Source: a virus
Lineage: Duplodnaviria; Heunggongvirae; Uroviricota; Caudoviricetes
Length of the DNA stretch: 44,609 nucleotides
Strand: one strand, 5' to 3'
IMG/VR virus record: IMGVR_UViG_3300045988_011059
Location: 1-44,609 of that record
In this document: positions 26,902-36,049 of the stretch, in pieces
How the letters are laid out: every line of letters starts with the position of its first letter
Numbering within the stretch: the first letter of the stretch is position 1
The notes under the pieces: generated by a model
The model's database searches: none
What the model saw: the letters and a program-made list of their open reading frames with translations, nothing else
Told to the model about the DNA's origin: nothing
Translations under genes and position numbers: made by a program

Positions 26902-28322
26902 TTCTTACTCCTTCTCTTCATATAATTAAGTAGTTCGTCCTGTACGGACCTTTTCTCGTCTGTACGCGCGGCGACAACTTCATCAAGAGTATCTCTGGCT
27001 ATTATTTGATAAATGAATACAGACCGTTTGTATCCAGATTGCATCTGCCTTACCGGGCCTATACGCTCGATAACCTGCAAATAATGTTCAAGGTTCCACC
27101 CCTGACTCATAAAGGCCATGTGGTGCCCGCCGTGTTGTAGCGACAGTCCGTGGCCTGCGGAGGCTGGGTGTATCAGGAGCATTGGTATTTCCCCGCGGTT
27201 CCACGCGTCCATCTGCTTATTACCCTTAGCGCCTTTAGAAAATGCCTGGGCCTGAGGGAATCGCTTAAGGATGCGCTCCAGTTCGTGCTTGAACTGATAC
27301 GCCACCAGTAACGGCGCACCCTGTAGCTCCTCAACAATTGACTCGAGTGCATCCAGTTTCGTGTCGTGCACTTTCTCCCAGTCTTTCGTTGCTTCACCAT
27401 CCGGCCCTGATACATACACGGCACCGGATGCGATCTGCAAGCACTTTGAGGTCTTCGCCGCGGCGTTAGCCGCTTCAACTTCTCCGCTCTCCAGTTCCGC
27501 GAATAACTTCTCCTCCATATCTATGTATGCCTGACGCGCTTTCTTCGGCAGGTCGATTTCAACCGGTACAATAATCGGCGCCTCGCAACCGAACCACTCG
27601 GCGGCGTCAATCGTGAGACTGATGTCCTTCATCTTCTGGTGAATTTCATTATCCGCACCAGGGCGGGCGTGGTATTCGCGCGCCATCGCCGACTTACCTT
27701 TCTGTACCGAGTTAAACCAGCGGTCCGTGAACGCTGTGTACGAAGAACCGAGGCGCTCACCCGCGTCGATAAACCAGTTCTGCCCCCACAAGTCTTTTAG
27801 TCCGTTTGGCGACGGCGTACCCGTCAGGTTGATGAAACGCTTAACCTTACCGAACGCAACCTTACTGAGCGCCTTCGCCCTCTTACTACCGCCTGAACGG
27901 CTGCGGAATGATTTCAGCTTCGTGCTTTCATCGGCGACAATAACCGTAAAAGGCCAGTCGTCTTTGCCGTAGTAGTCAATCAGCCACTCGATAACTTCGT
28001 AGTTGGTGCACACCACGTTAGCGTCAGACTCCAGCGCCGCGATGCGGCGCTTCTCTGAACCTGTTGCGTCTACAACATTCAGACACGGGAACCGCCATTT
28101 CTCTTGTTCTGCGGGCCACGTACCGGACGCAACTCGTAGCGGGGCAAGGATTAACACACGGTCGTCATCATTAAGTTGGCCGTTGCGGAACAGTCGGTTT
28201 AAAGCCCACAGTACGCTGCCAGTCTTCCCGGCACCCATGCTTGCCCATATGTTGCAGCGATGGTGCCGCAGCATGAACGAAGTCATGAGCTTCTGGTACT
28301 CTCGCCTTTGAAACTTAGACAT
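26898..28322 (-). CDS. SNF2-family helicase
   Basis: Walker A MGAGKTGS and DEAH-like DESTK motif; start at ATG 28322, not the track start. Confidence 0.8.
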   Translation of the reverse strand: MSKFQRREYQKLMTSFMLRHHRCNIWASMGAGKTGSVLWALNRLFRNGQLNDDDRVLILAPLRVASGTWPAEQEKWRFPCLNVVDATGSEKRRIAALESDANVVCTNYEVIEWLIDYYGKDDWPFTVIVADESTKLKSFRSRSGGSKRAKALSKVAFGKVKRFINLTGTPSPNGLKDLWGQNWFIDAGERLGSSYTAFTDRWFNSVQKGKSAMAREYHARPGADNEIHQKMKDISLTIDAAEWFGCEAPIIVPVEIDLPKKARQAYIDMEEKLFAELESGEVEAANAAAKTSKCLQIASGAVYVSGPDGEATKDWEKVHDTKLDALESIVEELQGAPLLVAYQFKHELERILKRFPQAQAFSKGAKGNKQMDAWNRGEIPMLLIHPASAGHGLSLQHGGHHMAFMSQGWNLEHYLQVIERIGPVRQMQSGYKRSVFIYQIIARDTLDEVVAARTDEKRSVQDELLNYMKRRSKK

Positions 28323-28998
28323 GATTAGCCTCGTAAACTGCTTTTGCGAAACCTCGCGGGGTGAGGCTGCGGATTGTTTTTGTTCTGGCGCTCTTGCCGC
28401 CCAGTTTAGCCCAGCCCGGATTATCTCCACTACCCGCGGCAACATCGGCAACGTCGGGCATAACAAACCCATTGCCCGCCCACAGGCACGTCTTTTTAAC
28501 ATAGGCATCTCGCGCTGGAATAACATCCGGAAACATTGGATGTGTGTCGTCTTCCGGTAGATAGCCGCCGTAATCGTGTGGGTCGAATACATAATCGGGC
28601 TTACGCCATAAAGATGAAAGAACGCTAACTGGGTTCTCAATCATATAAGGTACGTTGTACTTTTTAGCCAGACGCGCTGCCACTTTGCATGTAATCACGG
28701 CCTCTACCTGAAACGTTGGGTTCTTCTTGCGCTTAGCCTCGAAATGACGCGACCCACTAACGGCTAAATCTGTGCAAGGAGGGAACGCAAAAATAATATC
28801 CGGCGCGGCTTCGAAGTCGAATTTATTATCAATCCACGCGTTTATATAGTGGATGTTCTCGTGTTCAACCTTTGCACCCAATAGTGCGTAGTCGCCGTGG
28901 TCAGCGCCGTCGTAGTTGAAACAGTAGCAAGTATGGCCCGCTTCCGCCCACGGCTGGGCCATAAGGCCCGAACCGTCAAATAATGACCAGACAATCAT
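28315..28998 (-). CDS. DNA (cytosine-5)-methyltransferase-like protein, compact
   Basis: Motif I LFDGSG, motif IV PPCTD, motif VI ENP in canonical order; only 227 aa. Confidence 0.65.
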   Translation of the reverse strand: MIVWSLFDGSGLMAQPWAEAGHTCYCFNYDGADHGDYALLGAKVEHENIHYINAWIDNKFDFEAAPDIIFAFPPCTDLAVSGSRHFEAKRKKNPTFQVEAVITCKVAARLAKKYNVPYMIENPVSVLSSLWRKPDYVFDPHDYGGYLPEDDTHPMFPDVIPARDAYVKKTCLWAGNGFVMPDVADVAAGSGDNPGWAKLGGKSARTKTIRSLTPRGFAKAVYEANHV

Positions 28999-29186
28999 TT
29001 CAACACCAGAACTAACTCTTTACGCCCGAACGCCGTAATATTGCCGGTTACATCTTCGATAACCAGTTTACCGTTCGACTCGACGTACACCGTATCAACG
29101 GCAACAGGACGACGGGTCTTAACGTTGAAAATCATGTCGCCCGGTACGATGTCACGTGCTGGTTTGCGGTCATATTCGTGTTTCAT
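28995..29186 (-). CDS. Hypothetical protein (63 aa)
   Basis: ORF track; ATGA coupling. Confidence 0.5.
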   Translation of the reverse strand: MKHEYDRKPARDIVPGDMIFNVKTRRPVAVDTVYVESNGKLVIEDVTGNITAFGRKELVLVLK

Positions 29187-29206
29187 TTCTCAATTCCTTA
29201 TAGTTA

Positions 29207-29222
29207 AGGCCCCGAAGGGCCT
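29207..29222. terminator. GC-rich stem-loop between minus-strand genes
   Basis: AGGCCC-CGAA-GGGCCT hairpin. Confidence 0.35.
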
Positions 29223-29225
29223 GTA

Positions 29226-29480
29226 TTAGTTAGATAATTCTGCTTGAACTTGCTTAATAAGTTCCCCAGCCGTTGTGAAGTCTACCGACAGCCCTTTAGC
29301 GACGTCTTCTGCCAGCACTTTGCGGCCAACTGACCCGAAACCCAGGATACGGTTTACTTCCGAAACCTTCATAGACCATGAGTAATTAACTGACGCCCCT
29401 GTGTATTTACCGATACGAACAGATGAGTCGATTGAACCAATAATCATAGTGTTTACTGACAGTTGAAGTTCGATAGCCAT
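29226..29480 (-). CDS. Hypothetical protein (84 aa)
   Basis: ORF track. Confidence 0.5.
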   Translation of the reverse strand: MAIELQLSVNTMIIGSIDSSVRIGKYTGASVNYSWSMKVSEVNRILGFGSVGRKVLAEDVAKGLSVDFTTAGELIKQVQAELSN

Positions 29481-29481
29481 T

Positions 29482-29799
29482 TTATAATTCCTTATATTGT
29501 TGGGGTATGTACTTACTATAATAGTCCGCTACTAGGGTGTCAACCTGTTTTATCGAACCAACTACAAAAACATTTGCGCCACGTTTACGCATCCGCTCGT
29601 GTTCCCGTAACTGGTGAGGGTCTGGCTTCGTGTTTTCGTCTTTCTTAACCTCGACGAACCAGACGATGCCGTTGGGGAGAATTACCAGCAGGTCGGGAGC
29701 GCCGGAACGTCCTTCGTAGGAAAGTTTACGAACGAGGCCGCCAATGGCCTCGAATCGGTCTTTTGCGTATTTCTGGATGCGCCCCTCAGGCGTACTCAT
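29482..29799 (-). CDS. VRR-NUC domain nuclease
   Basis: PD-(D/E)XK-type motif PDLLV...FVEVKK in a roughly 105-aa protein. Confidence 0.75.
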   Translation of the reverse strand: MSTPEGRIQKYAKDRFEAIGGLVRKLSYEGRSGAPDLLVILPNGIVWFVEVKKDENTKPDPHQLREHERMRKRGANVFVVGSIKQVDTLVADYYSKYIPQQYKEL

Positions 29800-29883
29800 C
29801 TATACACCCCTCGCGTTTCGTGTGTTCAATCCCGCAGCGCGGACAGATTCGACAGTCTTCTTCGTAGAACCAGTAGATTTTCA

Positions 29884-30012
29884 TTCCAGCACCCACAGAT
29901 AAATTGCGATGAACATACCCAATATGGCAACCATCATGCCGTATTGACCCTCGTGACAGTAGACACCGGCGGCGAATCCCGCCAGTACCGCGATAATCAG
30001 TTTACTTAGCAT
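29884..30012 (-). CDS. Putative small membrane protein (42 aa)
   Basis: Hand-translated; two hydrophobic segments; ATG overlaps the polymerase 3' end; a 32-aa CxxC ORF (29789..29887) follows with ATGA coupling. Confidence 0.3.
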
Positions 30013-32254
30013 AACGCTTCATCTCAGCACCTTCCGCTACAAGAGGGAACCCCTCTGCCCATTCCGGTAATTCGCACATCAACCGCCCAAGCTCTGCGAC
30101 ATTGTATTCCGGTGCATCTGGTGTCTCGCAGATAATTTCATCGTGAACATGAAGTACAATTGGGTAGCCGTTTGCCTCTACGTTCAGCAGCGCATTAGCC
30201 AACAAATCACGGCACAGCGCTTGGGTGCAGTTTTCCACGAGTTTACCGGAATATGTGTACTGGAAACCCCACTGACGGGTTAACTGATTCTCCCCCTGGT
30301 ACTTGATGCGCACGTTAGTAGTCACCTTTCCATCTTCGTCTGTCTCTTTCGACACGCTTAACCCGACGCCCGGGTATGACATAACGCGCCCCGACGGCAA
30401 CGTCATGCGCAACCACCAGCCCGCGACTTTGTTGCCGTTGTTGTCTGTCTCTACGTTGCGCGAAAATTTAACGCCGCGCGGCCCTGCGGTGAACTCTTTG
30501 CCTGGATTGCGGATAGCCGCCATAGCTGCATCTTCAATATCTCGCCAGAACGCTACTGTTTCCGGGTGAGACTCGCGCCACATGCGCTTGATAGCGTCAC
30601 AGGTACGCCACACTTTCTTATCAAGAATATACGATGGTCGGTCATCCTTTTCACCAGGCCGCGGCGGTCGCTTGGCTTCCTGAATACGCGCCCACTCATA
30701 GCCCCGTGCAGTAGCCGCCCATATGTGGTCGGGGAAAGTTCCGTCCATTGTTTTAGCCATATCAACAAGGTTTAAGCCGAGGTTTTTAGCAAACTGAACG
30801 AAAGCACCAACGCCACCCGCATAGCCGAGGCCCAATTCACATGCTTTGCCAATCTGGCGCAGGTCACTACGGCTTTCGAGAATGTAATCGGGGTCCATTC
30901 CGAACATCTTACCTGCGGTTACGCAGTAAATATCCAATCCCGCACGGAAGGTATCGAGAGCGGTTTCTTCTCCCGCCAGCCAGGCCAACCCACGACCCTC
31001 AACGTTAGAGTAGTCGGCAACGACAAACTTATGCCCAGCCTCAGGTATAATGCAGCTACGCACCGTCGATGCCGTTAGCTTGGCTACGTCAAAACGGCGA
31101 TGAGCACGGCCTTTAAACAACAGGTCGATTCCGTAGGACAATGGGTGTGTTACTCTCCACCAATCCTTCTCTGACATCCAGTCATAACGGACTTTCTTCT
31201 TTTTATTCTTCGGGTCGTCGTGATAGTACCCGCGCGCCAGGTTCTGCGGCTGGAAGCCTTTGCCAGCAAATCGTAACGTACGCTTAGCCCCGCCGTACTG
31301 GATGCAACCGCGGCGACGGTCGTCCGACGAGCGGCCTAATAGCAATGGGTTATATTTCGTTGACGCGGTGGACGCGGCCCCGAGGCGCATTTCGATAATC
31401 GCGCGGGCGTCGTCCGGTAAATCATCGTCTGCCAACAGGTCGTTAAGCGTCGACTTCTGCGCGTTGTGGATGCGGTGCGCCGGTGCTAGTTCACGTAGAA
31501 TCGGAAGGAAGTCTTTACCTGTGAGCGAGCCGCCGTATTTACGTTGGGCTTCTTCCTGTAACTGTGCCTTGTGCTTCTCCACGGCTTCAATCGCGGCTTC
31601 CGCCAGCGCTACGTCAACCTTAAACCCACGATCGTTGATTAGCTGGTCGAGTTCCAGTACACGGTCCTCGAACTCAGAGTTACCCCAACACGGCAGCTTA
31701 TGGAAGACTTCACGCACCGATGTAATGTCGCTAATACCATACTTAATAAACCAGGCCCACTCTTCTGGGTGCGTATCCGCGGTGTAGCGACGTATTTTGT
31801 AGTTCTTCGGCGTCGGTTTAGAAAAACGCTGAATCAGAGCCTTGCCGCGTTTATCCTTCGCGTTTTCTGCTGACACACCAAGTACTTCGCACAACGCCGC
31901 CAGTGACCCGGGTAGCGCGTGTCGAAACGCAAGAATCATCGTATCAATGATGTTAGTTGGGTGAATTTTGTAACCCCAGCAGCGCTCTATGACGAGCCTG
32001 TCAAATTGAAGGAAATTGTGCCCAACAAGTTTCAACCCGTAATTCGGCTTTTCAAGGCCCGCAAGGCAACGTCGCAGTTCTCTCGGTATATTTCTGCCTT
32101 TTGTGGGGTCGTAAACCTCCACTGGCTCATCGTTAAACGCGTAAGTGGCGAGAATAATCTCTGTTGACGGGTCTTCCGAGTACCGGTAAGCCCCAACCTT
32201 TTTCAAATCGGCTTCGCTAAAAGTTTCAGTATCTTTAAACAGTAAGTCTTGCAT
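30002..32254 (-). CDS. DNA polymerase, family A, with 3'-5' exonuclease domain
   Basis: Exo motifs FKDTETF and HNFLQFD; polymerase motif A DYSNVEGR, motif B RQIGKACELGLGYAGG, motif C LHVHDE. Confidence 0.9.
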   Translation of the reverse strand: MQDLLFKDTETFSEADLKKVGAYRYSEDPSTEIILATYAFNDEPVEVYDPTKGRNIPRELRRCLAGLEKPNYGLKLVGHNFLQFDRLVIERCWGYKIHPTNIIDTMILAFRHALPGSLAALCEVLGVSAENAKDKRGKALIQRFSKPTPKNYKIRRYTADTHPEEWAWFIKYGISDITSVREVFHKLPCWGNSEFEDRVLELDQLINDRGFKVDVALAEAAIEAVEKHKAQLQEEAQRKYGGSLTGKDFLPILRELAPAHRIHNAQKSTLNDLLADDDLPDDARAIIEMRLGAASTASTKYNPLLLGRSSDDRRRGCIQYGGAKRTLRFAGKGFQPQNLARGYYHDDPKNKKKKVRYDWMSEKDWWRVTHPLSYGIDLLFKGRAHRRFDVAKLTASTVRSCIIPEAGHKFVVADYSNVEGRGLAWLAGEETALDTFRAGLDIYCVTAGKMFGMDPDYILESRSDLRQIGKACELGLGYAGGVGAFVQFAKNLGLNLVDMAKTMDGTFPDHIWAATARGYEWARIQEAKRPPRPGEKDDRPSYILDKKVWRTCDAIKRMWRESHPETVAFWRDIEDAAMAAIRNPGKEFTAGPRGVKFSRNVETDNNGNKVAGWWLRMTLPSGRVMSYPGVGLSVSKETDEDGKVTTNVRIKYQGENQLTRQWGFQYTYSGKLVENCTQALCRDLLANALLNVEANGYPIVLHVHDEIICETPDAPEYNVAELGRLMCELPEWAEGFPLVAEGAEMKRYAK

Positions 32255-32315
32255 ATTATTTTCGACCCTTAGTAAAAAGGCCCAATGAAGGGCCTTAGTT
32301 AAATTGATTCAGATA

Positions 32316-32942
32316 TTAGCGGCGACGACGCTCGCGGCGTGGTGCTTCATCTTCTTCGTCATCTTCCAGGTCATCAACACTCGCGGCGACTTTAGAGCCC
32401 CCGAATGCTTTACCCTCACCAACGTACTTAATTGCCAGCAGGTTAACGCCGAGGACTTTGTATTTCTGGCTGAACCAGATTTCAACGCTTACGTTAGCCA
32501 CACAGCCGCTGTAAACCTGTTCGCCTTCAATCTGTTCGCCGTCTACATTGAAGTCCTGTTCTACCTGAGTCTCACCTTTTTTAGAGGTTACAATCAGCGG
32601 CTGTTTCTGTGCCTTCGCTTTGAAGTAGAAGCCCTCCGGGAAGTCTTCAAACGGATTGTCGCGCTCGGCAATGTCTTTAATCGCGCATTTATCCATGTGC
32701 TTACCTTCGCCGTAGTTGGACTTCATCCACTTCTCGGCAGCGGCTGCACCCAACGCTTCTTCAACTACAGCGTAGACAGTGTCGTATAGCGCGTCGATTT
32801 GAGCATGGTCAGACGGCAGGATAATAGTCGCGCTGTACTGCCCTTTAGTGATTGAGCCATCATCGTTTTCACGGTCTTTTTCACGTTCGAATACGTTAAC
32901 CCATGCAGTGTTTACTTTACGCAGATTCAGTTTCAGTCCCAT
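32316..32942 (-). CDS. Putative single-stranded DNA-binding protein
   Basis: 208-aa protein with acidic C-terminal tail (DDLEDDEEDE) next to the polymerase; family assignment by context. Confidence 0.45.
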   Translation of the reverse strand: MGLKLNLRKVNTAWVNVFEREKDRENDDGSITKGQYSATIILPSDHAQIDALYDTVYAVVEEALGAAAAEKWMKSNYGEGKHMDKCAIKDIAERDNPFEDFPEGFYFKAKAQKQPLIVTSKKGETQVEQDFNVDGEQIEGEQVYSGCVANVSVEIWFSQKYKVLGVNLLAIKYVGEGKAFGGSKVAASVDDLEDDEEDEAPRRERRRR

Positions 32943-32998
32943 TTCTCGATTCCTCAGTTTTCAGTTTACTCCGGGAAGCTGCCCGGCCAGTGATTAGA

Positions 32999-33027
32999 AC
33001 TATAATAGCTAACTATTCAGGTGTCAA
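32999..33027 (-). promoter_or_regulatory. Sigma70-like promoter TTGACA-N17-TATAGT (minus strand)
   Basis: Reverse complement TTGACACCTGAATAGTTAGCTATTATAGTT; spacer carries the GAATAGT motif. Confidence 0.55.
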
Positions 33028-33031
33028 CACT

Positions 33032-33205
33032 TTATTTAAGTTTCTTCGGAACTACCTTATAAATATAGGGCTGCACCGCCTCATGCTTCGAGTTCTTCTC
33101 TTCTGCAATTTTGTCGGCGTCGGCGCGTTTAGCGTGAACAGAAACAATATCAAGTTCTTGAATAGAATATCGGCGGTGATACCGCGTGAGAATATAAACC
33201 ATCAT
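33032..33205 (-). CDS. Hypothetical protein (57 aa)
   Basis: ORF track frame from ATG 33205 (ATGA overlap with the exonuclease stop). Confidence 0.45.
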   Translation of the reverse strand: MMVYILTRYHRRYSIQELDIVSVHAKRADADKIAEEKNSKHEAVQPYIYKVVPKKLK

Positions 33206-34443
33206 TCCAAATCCTCCTCTGTTACCTGATTCCACTCAGGACGCTTGTCGTCCGCCGTTGCAACACATGGTGCGCCAGGCTTACGGGTAATGAAGTCTTT
33301 TAGCTCCTCCTCCGGTATGACTTTAACCGCTTCGGTAGGTGACATGAGCACGTCTTTAGTCAGCTTGTAGCCGTATTTCTCGTATACCGCCTCAGCATCC
33401 TTCCACGCACGATTGCCCATCTTACCTTCAACCAGCTTGTACCCCGGCACTTTCTTACCGGAATGCAACGCGGCGGACATCGCTTTCTCGACCTTGTCGA
33501 TGTGCTGGCGCAACAATGGCAACTTCTCATACTCAGCTACGAGTTGCTCTGGTGTCAGTTCCAGCGCAAAGTCGTCTTCAAGTTCTTCCGCCAGCACCGC
33601 GTTAACGGTTTTTGTACGCGCGGCACACTGTTCCGAGAACCGGCACCACTGACAACCGTCTACTGACGGCTTGAAGTCAGATGCTTTCAGGTTCTTCTTG
33701 CCTCGGTAATACGCGTCAAGAGCTAACAGTGCGCGTTTCTGTGCAAACTTAGCGAACAGTTCCAGACCTTCAACCGAGATGTCCCACTCCGACGCACCGC
33801 CCGCGTACGGCTGAAAGATGACCAGGCGAACAACTGTGATGTTATAACGTCTCTTGAGTCGGCGATAAACACCGAGAGCGTAAAGCATAAGCTGCTTGTT
33901 TTCTTTCGCTTCAACACGATGCCGTCCAGTTTTAAGGTCGCCAATAATGAGCATGTGCTCGTCGGTGTTCGCCAGTTCCTGAACGGCAACAAGGTCGGCG
34001 GTTCCGAATGTCTCAACGCCTTCGTAGCCTGGATGCAATACCTCAGTAAGATTGACACGCATCTCGAGTTTGGCGTAAGTCGCTACATCGATAACAGCTT
34101 TGCAGTAGTCTGTGTACTTGCGCACCTGCTCAATCATGTCAGCCGTAATCAGTACCGCGCATTTCATCGGGCTGATTAGCGCCTTAATCTGGCCTTTACC
34201 CTCGTCCAGCACGTAAGCACCGACTTCACGCTCTAATGGTAGCGCAGTGCCGCGGATATAGGCGTTGAGATGTACCTCAGCTATGGTGTGCATAGCCGTA
34301 CCTAATACCGCGGCTTTACCGGACGTGTTAGGAATATCTTTTTCACAGGCCAGAGAAGCCGGGCAGGTTAACCACTTTTTAGCGCCTGACGGTGATAGTA
34401 ATGCGTGTACATCGTTATTGCCACCGCGTTCTTTTAGAATCAT
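33202..34443 (-). CDS. PD-(D/E)XK exonuclease with Cys4 cluster (Cas4/RecB-like)
   Basis: GTADLVAV...IGDLKTG...QLMLYALG nuclease core; N-terminal Cys and C-terminal CQWC...C cluster; start at ATG 34443. Confidence 0.75.
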   Translation of the reverse strand: MILKERGGNNDVHALLSPSGAKKWLTCPASLACEKDIPNTSGKAAVLGTAMHTIAEVHLNAYIRGTALPLEREVGAYVLDEGKGQIKALISPMKCAVLITADMIEQVRKYTDYCKAVIDVATYAKLEMRVNLTEVLHPGYEGVETFGTADLVAVQELANTDEHMLIIGDLKTGRHRVEAKENKQLMLYALGVYRRLKRRYNITVVRLVIFQPYAGGASEWDISVEGLELFAKFAQKRALLALDAYYRGKKNLKASDFKPSVDGCQWCRFSEQCAARTKTVNAVLAEELEDDFALELTPEQLVAEYEKLPLLRQHIDKVEKAMSAALHSGKKVPGYKLVEGKMGNRAWKDAEAVYEKYGYKLTKDVLMSPTEAVKVIPEEELKDFITRKPGAPCVATADDKRPEWNQVTEEDLE

Positions 34444-34712
34444 GCCCTGCTCTCCCACTGGTCAATTAAATGCCGTGTCTTATGCTCGCAGTGCATAGCC
34501 CAGCCATACATCGACTCAAAGACATAAAAGTCAGGTTTGGCGAAAGTCGTGCGCTTAATCTGCGACACATGACGGCCTATGTCTTTAGGCCGCGGTACTT
34601 TGCCTAAGTACGCCATCTCTTCCATCTGGTGTGCCTCTGACGGCGCACGCAATAACCATAGCGCCTCTGTGTTATCTCGCCTGTCTACGGCGCGGTAGAG
34701 TTGGTAAATCAT
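34440..34712 (-). CDS. Hypothetical protein (90 aa)
   Basis: ORF track; overlapping starts and stops. Confidence 0.5.
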   Translation of the reverse strand: MIYQLYRAVDRRDNTEALWLLRAPSEAHQMEEMAYLGKVPRPKDIGRHVSQIKRTTFAKPDFYVFESMYGWAMHCEHKTRHLIDQWESRA

Positions 34713-34996
34713 TGCGCCTTCTCCCGCATTTTCAGAAAGACAATCATAGCGGCGCGTAGGGGGTTTTCGTGCGTACTTTTGGTGAAAGATGCAGAGTGGT
34801 ACGCGCGATATGTAAACGTATGCCGGTTAGCCGTAACGCATTCAATTGATATGTGATTATCAATTATTATGGGCCATGCATCAGATGGGTTGTTGCAGTA
34901 GTCTTTGGCCTTAAACGAATTCAATCCTGAAATTTGCATAACCTCTGCGTGTACACAGCAGTTAATCTCAAAATCGCTCATATCTTCGTATTTCAT
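34709..34996 (-). CDS. Hypothetical protein (95 aa)
   Basis: ORF track. Confidence 0.5.
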   Translation of the reverse strand: MKYEDMSDFEINCCVHAEVMQISGLNSFKAKDYCNNPSDAWPIIIDNHISIECVTANRHTFTYRAYHSASFTKSTHENPLRAAMIVFLKMREKAQ

Positions 34997-35039
34997 ATTT
35001 CCGACCCTCAGTTAAAGCGGCCCGAAGGCCGCAAGATAG

Positions 35040-35537
35040 TTATTCTTCTTCGAAATACTTGTTCTTGATTGCCGTCAGGCGTTCCAGATATTCAGCCAGG
35101 TCTTCGTCTTTAATCGCGGCAATCTTCATTTTCTTACCGGTGAACTCTTCCAGTAGTTCATCAGAATCGTCGCACGCGGCGTCGCTCGGACCTTCGTTAA
35201 TGGCGTCGTCGATAGCCTGAATCTGGTCACGCAGAGACTGATAATCGACTTCTTCTTTCTCTTCTTCCGGCTCTGGCGTAGGTTCCTCTACTTTAGCTTT
35301 ACGCGGCTTGCGTTTTGGCTTCTCTTCTTCTGCCGGTTTAGTGTCTACGAGGTCTTCACCTTCGACCGGGATTTCTTTTGTTTCTTCGGCTTTTACAACG
35401 GCACGAACTACGTCGGCTTTAGTCTCTGCGGGTAACCCATCTACTTCGGAAACGACAACTTGTTTCGCGCTATTCGCAGCAATAAGTTCATGTGCAACTA
35501 CGAAACGTTCCAGTAATACTAAGAATTTCTCTAACAT
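35040..35537 (-). CDS. Highly acidic protein, possibly disordered
   Basis: 165 aa with long Glu/Asp/Pro/Lys-rich tracts; promoter-proximal in the leftward operon. Confidence 0.55.
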   Translation of the reverse strand: MLEKFLVLLERFVVAHELIAANSAKQVVVSEVDGLPAETKADVVRAVVKAEETKEIPVEGEDLVDTKPAEEEKPKRKPRKAKVEEPTPEPEEEKEEVDYQSLRDQIQAIDDAINEGPSDAACDDSDELLEEFTGKKMKIAAIKDEDLAEYLERLTAIKNKYFEEE

Positions 35538-35710
35538 TTTTCTTTCTCCAGTTCTCGTTTAATCATTTCTGTCGTTCTGATGGCCCAGCGGTCTACCGGT
35601 TTACCATCTTCGAACACTATAAAAAGCTCTTCTGGCCTTACGGCGCATTCTGATTGAAGTTTGCAACCGTCACATTTGCTAAACCTCCCGCACCAGTCTT
35701 TAACATCCAC
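35531..35710 (-). CDS. Putative Cys-rich small protein (59 aa, GTG start)
   Basis: Hand-translated; GAGAGGA RBS before GTG; CGRFSKCDGCKLQSEC; stop overlaps the acidic-protein start. Confidence 0.3.
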   Translation of the reverse strand: MDVKDWCGRFSKCDGCKLQSECAVRPEELFIVFEDGKPVDRWAIRTTEMIKRELEKEKC

Positions 35711-35740
35711 GCTATGTATCCTCTCGTTTGGTATGGGTTA

Positions 35741-35769
35741 ACTATAATAGCGAACTATTCACGTGTCAA
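35741..35769 (-). promoter_or_regulatory. Sigma70-like promoter TTGACA-N17-TATAGT (minus strand)
   Basis: Reverse complement TTGACACGTGAATAGTTCGCTATTATAGTT; near-identical to the promoter at 32999-33027. Confidence 0.55.
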
Positions 35770-35833
35770 TGGGCTTTTCTAAAATAATTAATATGGTACT
35801 ATTCACATATCAACTGACTAAGGAGTAAATGAC

Positions 35834-36049
35834 ATGCAACCATCTGAACTAGGTATCCGCGTAGAACAACGCCGTAAAGAACTCGGCATCTCCCAGCGCC
35901 GTCTGGCGGTCCTGGCTGGCGTTTCCCAGGGCGCGATTAACCAGCTTGCGCTCGGGGTAACTCAGGACGTCCGACCGGCGACGCTGTTCAAGCTGGCGGA
36001 AGTGCTACAAGTAGACGCCAAGTGGCTGGCGTTCGGTGAAGGGGCTTAA
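35834..36049 (+). CDS. XRE-family helix-turn-helix regulator (Cro/CI-like)
   Basis: GISQRRLAVLAGVSQGAINQL is a canonical HTH; AAGGAG RBS; only plus-strand gene inside the leftward block. Confidence 0.8.
   Translation: MQPSELGIRVEQRRKELGISQRRLAVLAGVSQGAINQLALGVTQDVRPATLFKLAEVLQVDAKWLAFGEGA

Noticed and set aside
30303-31787. Plus-strand ORFs 30303..30569, 30566..30775 and 31260..31787 inside the DNA polymerase gene
   Set aside because: Antisense to a polymerase with all family A motifs intact; products are low-complexity
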